NCBI GenBank assembly: GCA_051362555.1
Contig: CM120642.1
Span: 30,504,001-30,568,000, forward strand
Direction: 5' to 3'
Length of the DNA: 64,000 bases
Origin: Lingula anatina
Taxonomy: Eukaryota; Animalia; Brachiopoda
The translations under genes were made by a program, and so were the position numbers. Below are positions 37,201 through 51,100 of this stretch, in pieces. Each line of letters starts with the position of its first letter. Within the stretch, counting starts at the first letter, position 1. The notes below the pieces were generated by a model. That model searched no databases and was not told the origin of the DNA. It worked only from the letters and a program-made list of their open reading frames with translations.

Positions 37201-40200
37201 TCCATGTGCTCTGGGGGAGAGACTGTTTTTGATCCCAAGTCTTCTTAAGGTAGCCGAACCGAAGGATTTCATTCTCGCCGATAACGCTGTTATCAAGCCC
37301 ATTTATATTCAGTCCAAGTATGACTTCATACCCCAAGGACTATTCCTCCGTCTTCTCGTGGGTATGCATAAAAAAATGTTTCTCCAAAGTAACCTTCTAT
37401 TTGGCGATTATGCATGCTTCCGGATTCAAGCACCAAATTCCAACAGTGCCACAGGAAGAGCCTCGGCCCACGTGCTTGAGATGAAGTATGACGAATATAG
37501 AATTAAACTGAAAGTAGGGACATTGTCCCCCGGCGAGAAATTATATACGCCCTGCAAATCAGCTCTGTATGCTAGGAACATTGTTGTACAAAAATTTGAA
37601 GGGCTTAGACGTAAGCACTACCCTCATCTGGAATGGGACTTCGTGATTGAGCTAAATTCGTCTGGGGAAAGTGTTTTCGTACCCATAGATGAAGACAATG
37701 TACTCCAACAAGGTTACTTAATTTATCAAGGACAAAGACAGACGGTCAATACGAGTCTTTACTCGATTTGGTTTCAGAGAGAAGATGAAAAAGTATGTTT
37801 TTTTTTCATTTTATTTCAATTTTAGGTTTATATCAGTTTATGAACAAGTATGTAAACGAATGGAATTTTTTTCATATTTTAATATTAAAATATCTAAAAG
37901 ATGTATCTTTAAAATCAACATGTAATAAATGATTAATAATGTGAAACATGTATGCTTCATTAGCTGTTATTAAAAATATATAAATGAACATTTTTTTAAT
38001 TTTTCAGTGTCAGGTGTTTCCAAAGAAAGGTAAGCGTTCGGGGCCCGCTGAATGGCCCTGAAATTTTTTGGTATTTTAGAGGGCGACTGGTGCCATTTGG
38101 TATCGTTTAGAACTATGATTCAGCTAGTCAAATTTCTAATTTCAAGAGGGAACCATTGGGGGGGGGGTCAGGATCCCCCTGACAACCCCTTAAATCCGCC
38201 AATGATGTAACTTAATTGATATGTTTGATAAAAGGCTTATTCAATTTAGTTTTCTGCACATTCCTAAAGGTAAAATTTGTGCCTCGTTGTTAATAATACA
38301 AAAAGATACCATTTCAAATGCATATTTCCTATTTAGAAGAAAAGGAACAAGAAAGTAAAAATCAGGCTACATTAAAAGCTGCACCTGTGAAAGGCTCATC
38401 CACCCCTTACACATGTATAGGTATATAATTTTTGTCACGGGTTATGAAAAGTGAATGAGCACTCTTAATAAATGCATTGTTATTTTTGCCAATGTATACA
38501 ATCTAGCTAAAATAGGTACACCCATGCATAACAACAAAATACAGAAAATTGCAGCTTTAATGGTTCTTTCATACTGAACCGAAAAGGAAATTTAGATACA
38601 TAACCATTTATTGCATGTCGTGAAGGATTGGAAGAATGTGAAGAAGTTGAAGTTCCACCTTGCAAAGAAGACGTATTGACTTTTGATAGCCTAACGGTGA
38701 GGTTACAACATTTATTATGTAATTTTCGTCATACCTATCGTGAAAATAAAGAACACTTTATGATTACAACATTTAGAATTAACATGCATTTTAACTTGCC
38801 TGTTATGGACAAACGTGTGAAATGTCACTACAGCAAAGTCATTTGTATTTCAGTTGTGCATATTGTATACTGAACGATATTGTTATTTCAATGCATACGT
38901 GGCAAAATGAGACAATGATATTATCATATATTTCTATTATTTACACTGTATAGGTCTATGACTGTTTAACAGAGAATAGAGGAAGGGCTGTGATTATAAA
39001 CAATGTCAACTTTTACACTGATGATAACCCCAAGTATGAAGATAGATACGGAACAGAGATAGATGTACAACGTTTGACTAAACTGTTCGAAAAACTACAT
39101 TACCTTGTTATAACATATACAAATCGACCAGCTTGGGTAAGAAATATGCTTCTCATGTGTAAATTTCTACTTTGTGCCTTATATGACAAACACTGGCTTA
39201 TATACCTAAATTCAACTCTATTTGAAATTACATTTGACAGATCAATGATTTTAGTCTGGTAACAGCATTTGAGGAAGGTTAAAAACATTGAATGAATGAT
39301 GGTCTATTTTCCAGAAAATAAATAAAATTGCCTTGGACGAAGGCCAATACGACCATGGGAAGTATTCTTCTTTTATAATGGTGATACTGAGCCATGGGTC
39401 TAAGAACACAGTTATTGGTTCGGATGGCGCACACATTGCATATGATCAAATACGACAGCCATTCACCACCACTAATTGCCCGTCCTTGAAGGGAAAACCG
39501 AAGATGTTTTTTATTTCCGCATGCCAAAGCGGTGAGTAGAAATGTAAACATCACCCTTGGAAGAAAAGTTTTTATGCTAATGTACAACTGGCAACAACAG
39601 CCTGGGTTTCCAGTTACGTTGAAATATACATATACTTCCACCCTTATTGGATAGTACACCAATAAAGGACGCCCCCCCCCCCCAATAAATAAAAAAAAAA
39701 GAAATAATCAAGTGTTGAGATGTGATTATAATTATTATAACTGGTATATATTTTTGTTTTATAAACCAGTGAATTACCTGTACCAGAGATGTTTTTGTTT
39801 CCATTTTGTTCGTATTGTATGAGTGTTTCTGTATGTACGTTGGCCTACCCGTCTGTCAGGGTAAAGCGCTTAAAAACTATTTTTCTTTCATAAGAAATGA
39901 AAGCTAGCTTTTTTTATGAACAGATCAGAGTGCCAGCGGCTCACCCGAAAATGAAGCACAAGGCCCATCTCAGTCCACCAGGTTGAATGCTTCCTCAGTT
40001 TCTGGCGCCAGCGGAGATCCACCAGATGATGCTGACATGATACTGGCAACGGCCACCACCCCAGGTGAGGTGAAAGTATAGTTAGTGGCACCACTATGAT
40101 AAGCATGGGTTAGGCTCTGGTGTAGTAGTGCTATTTTCAAATACTAAAAAAACTTACATAACTGCAGGTTTACATTTAGAAAAGCTGCTAATGAATGAGG

Positions 40201-40782
40201 CGCATACTCTAAGATAACCACTGGGCTTGATTTATTCCCCTAAAAGAATTCTTATATTTCAATATGAACGTGGATTCTGGTAATTCTTTATATTACCAAT
40301 CATATTGGATATAATAATACAGAGTAATAAATTATCCTTATAGGCAAAGTGTCATGGCGGTCCACTGAAACGGGTACCAGATTCGTCAAAAGTCTCGTGA
40401 AAGTATTCTCAGCCAAGGCATGCGAGGAAGACCTGGCATCCATGTTGACTTTGGTATATGAATGAAAATGTTTTTAACTCAGAAGTTGTCACTACATATG
40501 GAATAACTAGTCACTAGTAACAATTATTCAAATGCAATTATAAGTCAAGTCCGATTTGGCTTTTCAGCAAAGAAACGGTAATAATGAGGTAGCCTTTGCA
40601 GCACAGGACAATTTTGTTCATTAAACACGTTTTCTTTTTCACAGGTTAACAATGAGGTCGCCAGCATGACTTCTGGTGGGCGGAGTCAAGTTTCAAACAT
40701 ACAGTTGAACACTCTGAGAAAGAAACTGTTTTTTTGTCCTGGATACTATATGCAGGATGGGGAGTTGAAACAGTATAAATAG
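31194..40782 (+). CDS. Roco-caspase fusion protein: trypsin-fold protease-like domain, Roc GTPase (with Zn ribbon insert), COR, caspase (C14); ~1325 aa, 18 exons
   Basis: Exons 31194-31212, 31593-32270, 32462-32605, 32967-33197, 33612-33683, 34041-34145, 34858-34935, 35237-35566, 35919-36046, 36566-37792, 38008-38029, 38337-38420, 38626-38696, 38954-39136, 39315-39531, 39924-40064, 40344-40453, 40645-40782. All GT-AG and phase-compatible, 3978 nt, no internal stop. Roc: IRLMVVGPPKVGKT, WDLGGQ, AIYLLVVDL, FWMRSI, IIIVGTHKD. COR: WGKKRPIRWVLLE, LSYFHEIG, VILDPQWL, FLIPSLL, IPQGLFLRLL. Caspase: RGRAVIINN, DRYGTEID, ILSHG, CPSLKGKPKMFFISACQS, DMILATATTPG, SWR, TLRKKLFF. Confidence 0.85.
34572..34736. 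mobile_element. Foldback MITE with 9-bp TSD in an intron of the Roco-caspase gene
   Basis: ~47-bp TIR ccctctaccagggcgacagatagattttttacagatattcacagat. ggtctacac at 34563-34571 and 34737-34745. A degenerate relative lies at ~34400-34520. Confidence 0.8.
38035..38204 (-). mobile_element. Partial copy of the 17757-18001 MITE family
   Basis: Reverse complement matches ggcggattta...ttagaaat(g/t)tgactagct...accaaatggcacc...aaataccaaaaa. Confidence 0.7.
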
Positions 40783-40860
40783 AGTAATAAAAAACCTTTA
40801 AAAAAACTTTGTGTAAAGAGAAGTTTGGATAAGAGAAGTTTTGGACACGGTGACAAGCAG

Positions 40861-41023
40861 CAGGGGCGGCTCCAGAGATTTTTTTCTGACAGTCTTCCTT
40901 TTGATGGTCCATCCTCCATTTTTGACAGTCTTCCGACAGAAAAAAATTAGATACCCGTCAATGAAAACTTGATAATCTGATCATCTCCTGGAAGGTCAAG
41001 AAGACGGCCTAAATCCGCCCCTG
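40861..41023. mobile_element. CAG-terminal MITE with 5-bp TSD just 3' of the Roco-caspase stop
   Basis: caggggcgg...ccgcccctg, flanked by agcag at 40856-40860 and 41024-41028. Confidence 0.7.
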
Positions 41024-42640
41024 AGCAGGACACTTAAACTCTTGTTTTGCATCCACTTCAGAAATAAACGGCCTTGCTATTGGAGCTTCATAGATTTGGT
41101 GTTGTTATATCCCATCTACCTAAGTCAGGGAACGTCCTTATAAAAAAACTTAGAAACATAAAACCTTTTTATTATAACAAGAAAATAAAGTAAGAACGAT
41201 AAGAGAATGTCTTTTTATAAGAAACCAAAGTAAAGTTGTTCAACTGCTATCCTCCTTCCACTGCAGTCCAATGCAAAAGATACGCGTTGCTGTGGTGCAT
41301 TAAAGATGTTTTTAAAAGGATGTAAAAGGAAAAAAAGATATAAAAATATGTTGTTAAGTTTCTCTTTCATATAAAAAATACGGTCCCAAGATATTTGAAA
41401 ATCCAGTACATCCCAATTTTTGTTTCCCCTTTCTTTTCAGGCCAGAGAGCCAATTGCTACAAGGCCGAGTATTGCCAAAGTTGTCAGGAATTCCCATCTC
41501 CCTCTACTGGTGAACAGAAAAGAAAAAAAAAGCATAATACTAGACCAAAAACAGTGATTCCAAATACTTAATATTTGGTACCTTTGTTAAATTTTAATAT
41601 TTAAAAATATTAGTGAATGCATCAAAACTTAAGAACCCATGGGGAATACTTAAAATTTTTACTCATAGTATCAAAAAAAAAAAAAAAATGAATCAAGTAA
41701 CAATTTCTAATTTTTGTATTTGTTTATATTCACAGAAAATTGTTGCAAATTATTTACACATTTACAAAAACTTCTAAAGCAGCTTGATATAAAGAAATGA
41801 TAGGATTCATACTTCAACCTCAACATAGAAGACTTCATGCCATCTTCACCAATCTCAATGAAATGAAGCTATAAAAATTACTTTCAAACATCAAAACAAA
41901 CTTGCTACAGATCATTCATTCTTAAATTTAAAATGTCATGTATATTATTACACTTACGCAGGTCAATGTTGTATCTAACTCTAGCATCTACATTCAAAAT
42001 ATAAAGTCCGCCTCTAGTCATAACATTGGGGCAAATTAATTTAACACAAAATCAATTTCATCCATCAATTTAGTGCAATAAATAATACAATACTTGCTGT
42101 TTGCTCAATGATATAATGTCAACCACACCAACCAATCGGCATTCACCCAATCCGCATTCACTCGGGGTGATAACTTGTGAAACGTGATTTCTATTCCAAT
42201 TATCTGAGATCAGTTGACTATTTACAAGCATATCACAAATGAACTGGACATCTGCATATATATATTTACATACCATAAACATTGTGTACAAGTTTCATAA
42301 CACATGCCTGAATACCCTTTCTGAATCTTAAAAATTACCTGCTTCATCTACTTTCATTCAATACAAATAAACAATTCAGTTCTGCTTTATAGGCAAAGCT
42401 GTATTTCTATTCCCATGGACTACTGCTATTATTTCATATTTCCAATTGTATTTTTACTAGTAAATCAGTAATGAAGTCTCTCTACACTGATATCAGGTTA
42501 AGCTGCCCATTGCTGTATAAATGTATCAAGCAATTCATATCAATTTAAGGCAAATATAAAGGTACAAAAAGGCTCGCTTTTTTTCACCCCCCTTCCCCTT
42601 AAAAACACTTTAATCTAGGCAAAATGGATAATACCCACAC

Positions 42641-44193
42641 TCAATTTGATGAGTTTGTCCTGCTTTCATATCTCTGTAAAGCATCTGTAAAAACTTTACC
42701 AGTTTCCACAAGCAAAGAGTCAAATATGGCATCAGCAAGCTGAAATTTCACAGCTAATTCATCGTCATCGTAATTTACCCATGAAGGTTCTTCTTCTCGT
42801 AACTCTTGGACTAAGATCAAATCTACCAAATCTTTCTTCTTGCGCCCTCCTAGTTTAACAGTCTTCTCATCCATCTTAGGTCTTTTGGAAAGACCTGTTA
42901 AGTTCAACACATGATGCTCCACCACTTCCTTCAAGTGATCACATGTAGTTGGCGGTGCCTTGCCCTTGTAATAGCGGTGCTGAATTTTTCGTGGCTTTTC
43001 CCAAGGTTCAGGTGTCAAATCCTCCTCATCTGCATAGATGTCTTTGATTAAATCACCAACAAGTTCAAATATCATCTTTTTGTAAACTCTCCTACTTGTA
43101 GCCTCTATATCTTGCCCTCTGTCCTCAGATGTAAAATAATCACCAGGTGGCGTCACAGAGTCAAAGGGCTCTCCATAGCGCCTAGCAGCCCAGAAAGCAT
43201 CGACTGCATTCCACGTTAATTTGATCACCTCCTCTTTTTTATGGGGGACGGCATAAAACAGCTCTTCTGTTAACTTTTGGAGATCCAACTTTGAGTACTC
43301 CTGCTTCGGTGCTACAAAAAATAAAATAAAATAAATAATATTAATAATAATAAATAAATAAATAAAATAAAAAAATATATATATATTGATACCAATCAAT
43401 TATTACTGCCAGTAGGGGGCCAATTAAGAAGTGACAATTTGTACCCTGAAAACCATGATCCAGACTCAAAGAGCATAAATATCTTTACTTTACAGGTACA
43501 ATATATGCGACCAAACTTGAATAATAGTGTGTCTTATTCCTGTACAGATGTGTATCTTGAGCATGGCAGATAGTAGTAGGTGTGTCCTAGGGGGTCACTT
43601 AAAGGGGGGGGGGGGCGCCACTGGGGATATTCATAAATCTGGGGTGGGAGATTTTAAGATGGGGCACAATTCCAGTGGGGACCACAGGCGCCACCTTCAG
43701 TCAATAACACCCTGTTCTTTCGTGTATACCTGGCAAGTTTGGGTGAGGTTAGCCCTACAGAAATGTGGGTAACAGAAGGCCAATACACCATAATGGTACA
43801 TAGGATATTATCTAAATTCGTTAGTCTGCCCTGTGCAATGTATGATTGGGTGTATAAATGTATATGGAAAGGGGAATACAGCAGAGTGTATCCAGTTGGA
43901 AGACAGGGGTGGGAGAGGGTGGGACATTGATTGCCCTGTTCAATGCAGCCCCTTGGGTAAGTTTTTAAAGACAGGAGCGTGGGTTGGGTGGATGTTTGAG
44001 TGATAGTACCATGCCAAATGCAGTCTTCCAATAGTACAAAGTGTACTCAGAAATATAGGGACGGTTAAAGACAAAATAGGCATGCAGCAATATTTGGGAT
44101 TGGCGGGAGGGAGGGGGGCATGATTACAATACACAACAATCCTAATTTCCTAATAAATCGAGAAGGCCTGTAGGTGTTTGTGTGTGTGTGTAC

Positions 44194-44257
<64 letters not shown>

Positions 44258-47200
44258 AATAAGAAGAGAGAGAGAGAGAGAGGGGGGATGTTCTCCTTAC
44301 CTAGCTCCATGGCAGTACCTGGGTAGGGAGGAGGTGGCTTGTCTGGTATCTGTCTCTGAAGACTAAGCCCAAAGTCGTCATCCATCCACTCGTTGCCTCC
44401 AAACTCCTCCAGTCCCAGCAAATCCAGAGCAGATATGCCATGCTGTGGGTTAGATTTAAACTATTGTTATAACATTATCAATAAACTCCCTCCTGCACAT
44501 AATCCGCAAGTATAATAACACCCGCAAACCACATTTTTACTAGAGCACTGTACATCAGAGCATTCTAAGGATGGGTCACTGTACCTCAGTAGCAGGGTGT
44601 ATGGCAGTAAAGAAGGGTAGATAACTTCAGTGTACTATAACACCCAAAAACCACACTGTAGATGTGGGGAAGGGATCTTTTTGTATGTGTAGATTACTAC
44701 TGTTCCAGTGAAAAATGCAAGTCTAGCAAAGCACTAAAAAAATCTAATTTTTGTTATTTTTTCTGACACTTGTCCAGCATATGTTTGTAAAATATATCAT
44801 AGGAGTGCTTTGATGACGGAGAGGCTGTATCAGGAGCAATATAGTTTAGTTTTTCTAAATGTGACCAGATACGTAGCTACTGAAAACACTGGAGTAACAA
44901 GAAACCAATAATATCAGACATGCAGGAAAAAAATTGGGTAAAACCACAAGTCACATGTCTTTCCTTAAACTCACCTGACTTCCTCCAAAGACAGGTGACA
45001 CTGGTCTGGCAGGAAGTGGGGTGTCTGCTTGCAACTCCTCCCTCTCTCTGATGGTGACCCTTGAGAACAAGTCCTCATCTGTAAGGTCAACGTCTGGGGT
45101 CAGCTTGTCCACGGCCACTGGACTCTCTGGATCTGGGGTCACCGGGGTTTTGGGGAGATCTTCAGGGGTATCTGGCTTTAAAGAGGACTGTTCAGTTTGA
45201 GTCTCAGCTGCAAATTTTTCAGTTTGTTTCCTTCGTATGCTGAGCATATCTGAGATGGCATCATTGAGCAAGTCGTTGAGGACTGTATTGGTGGTGATGT
45301 CCTTTTCTGAAGTTTTGGCACTATCTTCACTGGGTTTGGGCAACTGTGGCACAATGTCGGCTTTCTGAGCAGGTAGAACTGCAGGGGTCTCGGGAGAGGC
45401 CTGTAGCTCTCTCTGGAAATCTTCCTCAAAGTCTTCGACACTCTCATCAAACTGTTCCTGTTCTTTTGTTAGCAGATCCAAGAATGGCGTGTGTGGTTTC
45501 TCTTTTCCCTCGGACTCCTTTTCCACAATTTCCTTGGAATCATTTCTACCCTGTGTACTGTTGCCCTGCTTCTCTGCTATTTTTCCAATAACAGTCACAG
45601 AATCCTTGATAATCATTGCAGTAAGACTATCTGTTATTTTATCCACTACAGTGTCAAGGTTTCTGGCTGGTGCTGCCCCCTGTTGTCTGGTATCCTCTGG
45701 GACAGAATCTCTAGGCGTCACAGCAGTTGATGACAAAACATGTTCATCCACATCTCTTGGGGATGTTTCTTCAAACTGTTCAACAGCTTGTGCAGCAGAG
45801 CTAATTACCCGCTCCAGCTCACTATCTGTGGCAACGGACACCTCTTCCTGAATAGATTCCTCTTTCTCCTCACTTTTAACAGAAATTGCTTCCTGACCTT
45901 CACCTCTCAACTCCCGGCCCTCACTTCGGGACTTTTGACCCTCACCTGCAACCTCTGACCCATCAAAATCATCTGAATATTCTGGTGATTTTGGTGGCTC
46001 CTCAGGGGGAACTTCTTCTGTGACAGTGTGTTCACTGGGAGCCTCCTCCTCCTCAATATCTTCTTTGTCCTGTCTTGCTTTTACTTCAAATTCTGCTGGA
46101 AGGTGCTGACATCTATCTGCAGTCACAAACACCCCATGCATTGGTTTACAGTCAAAGTAATGGACACCATTTTTTGTCCCATCCCCCTCTCCTTCTGCTG
46201 TATCCAGCTCCACACCTGCCATAATCCCATCTGAAAATAATGTGGTGCCTTTGTACAAAAGTCTCCCTGGTTTGGAGCTGTCTATCAATACCCTGTCCCC
46301 TATGCTAAACCGTGTGAGAGGCTCTGCAAGGGGGGTGCTGGTGTCCAGTATCCTAGGTTCTTCATGGACCAGCCATGAGGGTGACTGAACTGGCGTGCGA
46401 TCTTCATCCTCTACAGCCCCCTTGGTGCGTGACAAATCCAGCATCTGTCCCGACTGCTCACTGTCCTGACTCTGCACTGATAAACGTTCGCTGACCTCAT
46501 CCTCGCTATGGATGCTTTCGCCAACGCTGGCAGTCTTCTCATCTTGTTGGACAGACCTCTGAGAATGCCGCGAGCTGGCTCTAGAAATGTCAGATTTCAC
46601 AGATTTTTTCTCTGAGGAAGATGAGAAGTCATCTGAATAGCTGGCTTCAGAAGCCTCGCTGGCTGACCTCGACCTAGTGCCCTTTGACCTTTCACTATCA
46701 GCCTTCGAGACTTCTGATCTCTTGCTCCTCTCAGAAACTTCAGACTTGTGGCTTACATCTGATTTTCTACTTCTAACTGATGACTCTGACCTCTGACTCC
46801 TCCAAGACTTTTGACTGTGTGAGGAAGCAGCCGAATGCTGACTCTTCACTGACCTTTGACTGTGTGTTGATGCGTCTGATTTCTGACTGTTCAAATCAGC
46901 TTCACTTTCAATGTCTTCTTGTATTTCTGACTCCACAGACTTGAGAGATTTTTGCACCTCAGTCTGCTCCTCTGTTGCCTTGGTGAAGTCCTCCCCATAG
47001 TCATACTCCTCAGTCTCTGACTTTTTGGTTCCATCCTGTGACTTTGACCTCGCAGTGTCCTTCACTGACCTTGACCTCTCAGAGATTTGTTCAGCAACAC
47101 TTCCTCCTCCAACACCATCAAACTTAAGAATCATATCTCCAGAAGACTTTTCTGATGCTTCACTTCTAGGGGAGAAAATGTCTTCCCCTATTTCCTCACT

Positions 47201-48110
47201 TATTTCTGATCCAGACTTTGCCAACTCTTCTGAGATTGACCTTGACCTTTCTTCAGCTCTGGATTTTGATTCTTCACGTGTGGGGCTACGCTGAAGACGT
47301 AGGGTATCTGGCAAGAACTTGGGCAATGATGAGGGTCGTGTTGGGGTCGAGGCTTCAGAACGCAGAGGAGATTGGTATTTAAGAGTATCTGAAAATATAA
47401 GACAATATAGGTGTGAAATGAGTTTTTGTGACTTATTCACTTTTTAAAATTAAACATACAGGTTTTATCTAAGAAATATTTCGACAAATAAATATGAAAC
47501 TATCAGTTTCAATACCAAATCAATTTAAACAGAAAGAATTATATGTCTACACTGCTTATCTGCAGGTTACACATTAATCATAGAATGAAATAAGTGTAAA
47601 ATCTTGATGAGTAAAATCTTGATGAATCCTTGCAAGATCTTCAAGTAAATGCAGTGGTCAGCTTACCATCAAGTTGAGGAGAGGGTGATAGCCTTGGTGA
47701 TTGTGCGGTAACTGGGGTGCCGGGTTCTCCGCCTTCTTTCCCCTCCTCGGCGATGGAGCTCTCTCTAGATTCACTCCTCTGCTTCACAATCTCAAGCTGG
47801 GGCACATCTTCGTGCTTGTGCAATGTTTTCTTTTCTGCAACTCTGGGTTGTTTGATCTGAGGTTTGACGGACCCCTTGACTGGTTCTAGTTCTAGTTCCT
47901 TGGTCAGGTCCTGTTTTATTTGGACAATTACATTGTCGTAGGCCTAAAAAAGAACATACTCAAAAAATTGGAAAAAATCATTTGTCAAGAGAATAACCAT
48001 GGGAGCAATTTAAAGACAGAGAAGAATAATCTTATAGCATAACCTTAGCTTAAGAAAGTGATTTTCAACTTTCACGTTAAAACTTGTTCTGATGCATTTA
48101 CACACACACC

Positions 48111-48169
<59 letters not shown>

Positions 48170-51100
48170 ACACACGAAGTGAATGCTTAAGGGCTAAAAA
48201 AAAAAAAAAAACTGTGTAAAACTAGATTCTGGTGACATCTTCTGACACCCCTACCTCTATTTGTTTCTTCAGGGATGCCTCCTGAGCCCTCAGTCTCTCC
48301 TTGTGTCTCTTCTTCTGTTCACGTTTCAGCCGTTCAGCTTCAATTTTGCGTCTCTTCAGGTCTTCCGCCAGAGCTCGAATTCTCCCCTCCACATCACTCT
48401 GGTCTGAGGCCGTCTCTGGATTTAGTAGATAAAACATTGCTCAAAACACAAAGTACTTGGCTTAAGACAAAATACTTGGTTTGAGTGTTAAAAGTATTTG
48501 CAACTTAATTATTCCTGACTGAAATTGTATTTTTAGATGGAATTGTTAAAGGCAAGTTGCATCATAAAATATAGTTTTGCATTTTTCCCCTGCAATTCGT
48601 TAATGCTGAAGTATTTACCTGATTGAGCATATGAGAAAGATTCTTCAGACTCGCTTGTCTCAGAACTTTTACGACGATTGGCAAAAGGTGAGCGCGGAGA
48701 TCGTGGAGACTTCAGTGAAAGATTTCCTTCTGAAAGAGACGAGACACAGGATCCACAATTGCAGGTTCAAAGAAGTTCAATTTTCCAAGATAAATAGCAA
48801 CAATAAAATATATAAATGTAGAATACATAAATGAAAAAAAAAAATTAATGTAGTTGCCTTGCTTAGCCCCCTCATGGGCAAGGTGGCTGATAGGAGAACA
48901 CACTGATTGCTCTTTCTGCCAATGGCAAGCTTAGAATTCAACCATATGACCCACACAGAAAAGTCATAGGAAAGATGGGCAACCTGTCCTCAATGTAAAC
49001 ACAACTTCTCCACATTTTCTTTTCATAACTCAACTAAGGCAATTTTCTTCCATTTGGGTGAAGTAAAAATACCACAATTATTCTAGATAATTGGTCCCAA
49101 AGGAAAGAATACAGCCATCAACAACCAAATTCTTAAGTTTTTTTAACAATAAAAATGCCAATCAAAGATAGACAAGAAACTGGTCATCATTTATACAATA
49201 CTGACTGACTTGCAATGCCAATCCAGAAAACAAATAAACCTGTTTTCAAGATAAAATTTTCCTTAAGAAATTCACATTTTACACCAGAACCGACTAGATC
49301 TACTAGTACATCAGCTTTTATCCTACAGACTAAAGATAAAAAGGCACAATAAAATATGAAGCATTTTCCCTGAACAATTTGTTGACAATCTACCTTTAAA
49401 GACTTGGGAAGAATTTTGTGCCATTAGAAAATCTGCTATCAAGTGCACTTACAAGGCAATACATTTATTATATTAAGTAATTGGAATTTATAACAACCAA
49501 TTACTTAAAAATAATAGTACTCAAAACTTAAATAATAAATCCTAAGTCTACAAACTGACATATCACAAAATGTCAACAACACCTACCCTATTCATAGATC
49601 TGTGCTATGAGATGTGTGAAAATAGATATAATACCTTTCTTGTTTCCCAAAATATGTCATGACAACCATAGCATCCAGCTGGTGCCCCTACCTACATTCA
49701 CTTTTCCTAACACGACATGATGTGTTCCTGCTGTGGCGATTTTAAGGTAAACTTCTTGTTTTGATTTTCATAATATAACCTGGGTATCATCCCTGTCCCC
49801 TATCTGACACACTAATCAAACAATGTACAGTGACTGCAGCTTGTTACATGGTCTTACATGGACGGTGCATATTCTAGGGGAATTAAATATTTCAGGGAAA
49901 TGGGAGAAAATATCATTCTAGTTCTGGCCTCTAGTCTTATTTACACTTATTAGTTCAGAAATTACGACTTGTGAGTTTCGTCAACTGAATTATTATTTTT
50001 GCTTTGCCATATGACTGTTGTAAAATATAATCATGGGATATGAATTAAAGTGATTCTTAGTTTGTTTTCTGTTCCTCTCCACTTAAAATGAATGAGCAAA
50101 TGAGACAATAAGTAGTATATAATAAAGTCCGACTTGGAAAAACTACCAAGTCAATTTTGTGAGCGTATACTTAATTTGAATATTAAAAATAAAGTTCCCC
50201 AGATAAATTCTCCTCTCACAGGACAGTACTACAAAACATTGATTTCCTATTTACTTTGTATCAAATCAACATCATTTTGCCATCAAATCATGTAAAAATG
50301 ACACCAATGTAGCTCACGAACACATTAAAAACAATTTTACAGTAAAACAACAAGCAGTTGATAGGTCCCAGAGGTCAGATATGGTGAGAGAAAAAAGATT
50401 CATCACCACCATCCATTTTCAGACCTTAACATGGAAGCACCTGCCAAATGTAAATTTCACACATGGATCCCTATTGCTCATCCACGTGCAGTGGCCCTGA
50501 CGGGGCATGTTCAGCCCCTGAGGCGGTGTAGTTAATGTGTGTAGAAGTGATTAGATAGCAGACTGGTGGACCAGCTGATACAGTACAATACCATACAGCC
50601 TCCTGATCAACTGGGTCAATAATGATAATCACATCTGCTTGTCTCACCTCCATGCTATTTCATTGTAGTGCATTATTTAATGCTGGTAACCGCTGTCCAT
50701 GTAACTTGATAACTCTGTGGTTTGTATATGGAGTTATCATGAAGTTATTTAAAAAAAAAAAAGCAAAACAAAGCTCACTTGTCACTGATATATTCCTCTC
50801 TTCGTGAAAATTATCATAAAATTTTAGATACTGGCATTATTGAGTAAATTAAGTCAGTCGTAAAAAAATCATAATAACAACAAAATTCATGAAAATCATA
50901 TCAATCAATAAAATATCCATACCAAAACTCCAGCAATTTTAGATACCTACACAATGCATAAATGTAGTGTTTTTTCCTGCCTTTAAATTTTTTTTTTTAC
51001 AATAACTTATTAAGGTATACTTTTTGTATAATATAACAATCCTCAAATACTGGATGGAAACTTGATGACAAGGCATTTTGCTTAATATCTAAGGATATCT

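Noticed and set aside
46110-46310. CAP-Gly motif GEGDG instead of GKNDG
   Set aside because: CEP350 CAP-Gly domains are known to deviate from GKNDG, so this is not novel.
45178-47294. Overlapping and antisense ORFs within the large CEP350 exon
   Set aside because: Shadow ORFs of Ser/Glu-rich coding sequence.
50471-50653. 60-aa minus-strand ORF in a CEP350 intron
   Set aside because: No motif and no clear phase-compatible splice sites; it may be an alternative exon but is unsupported.
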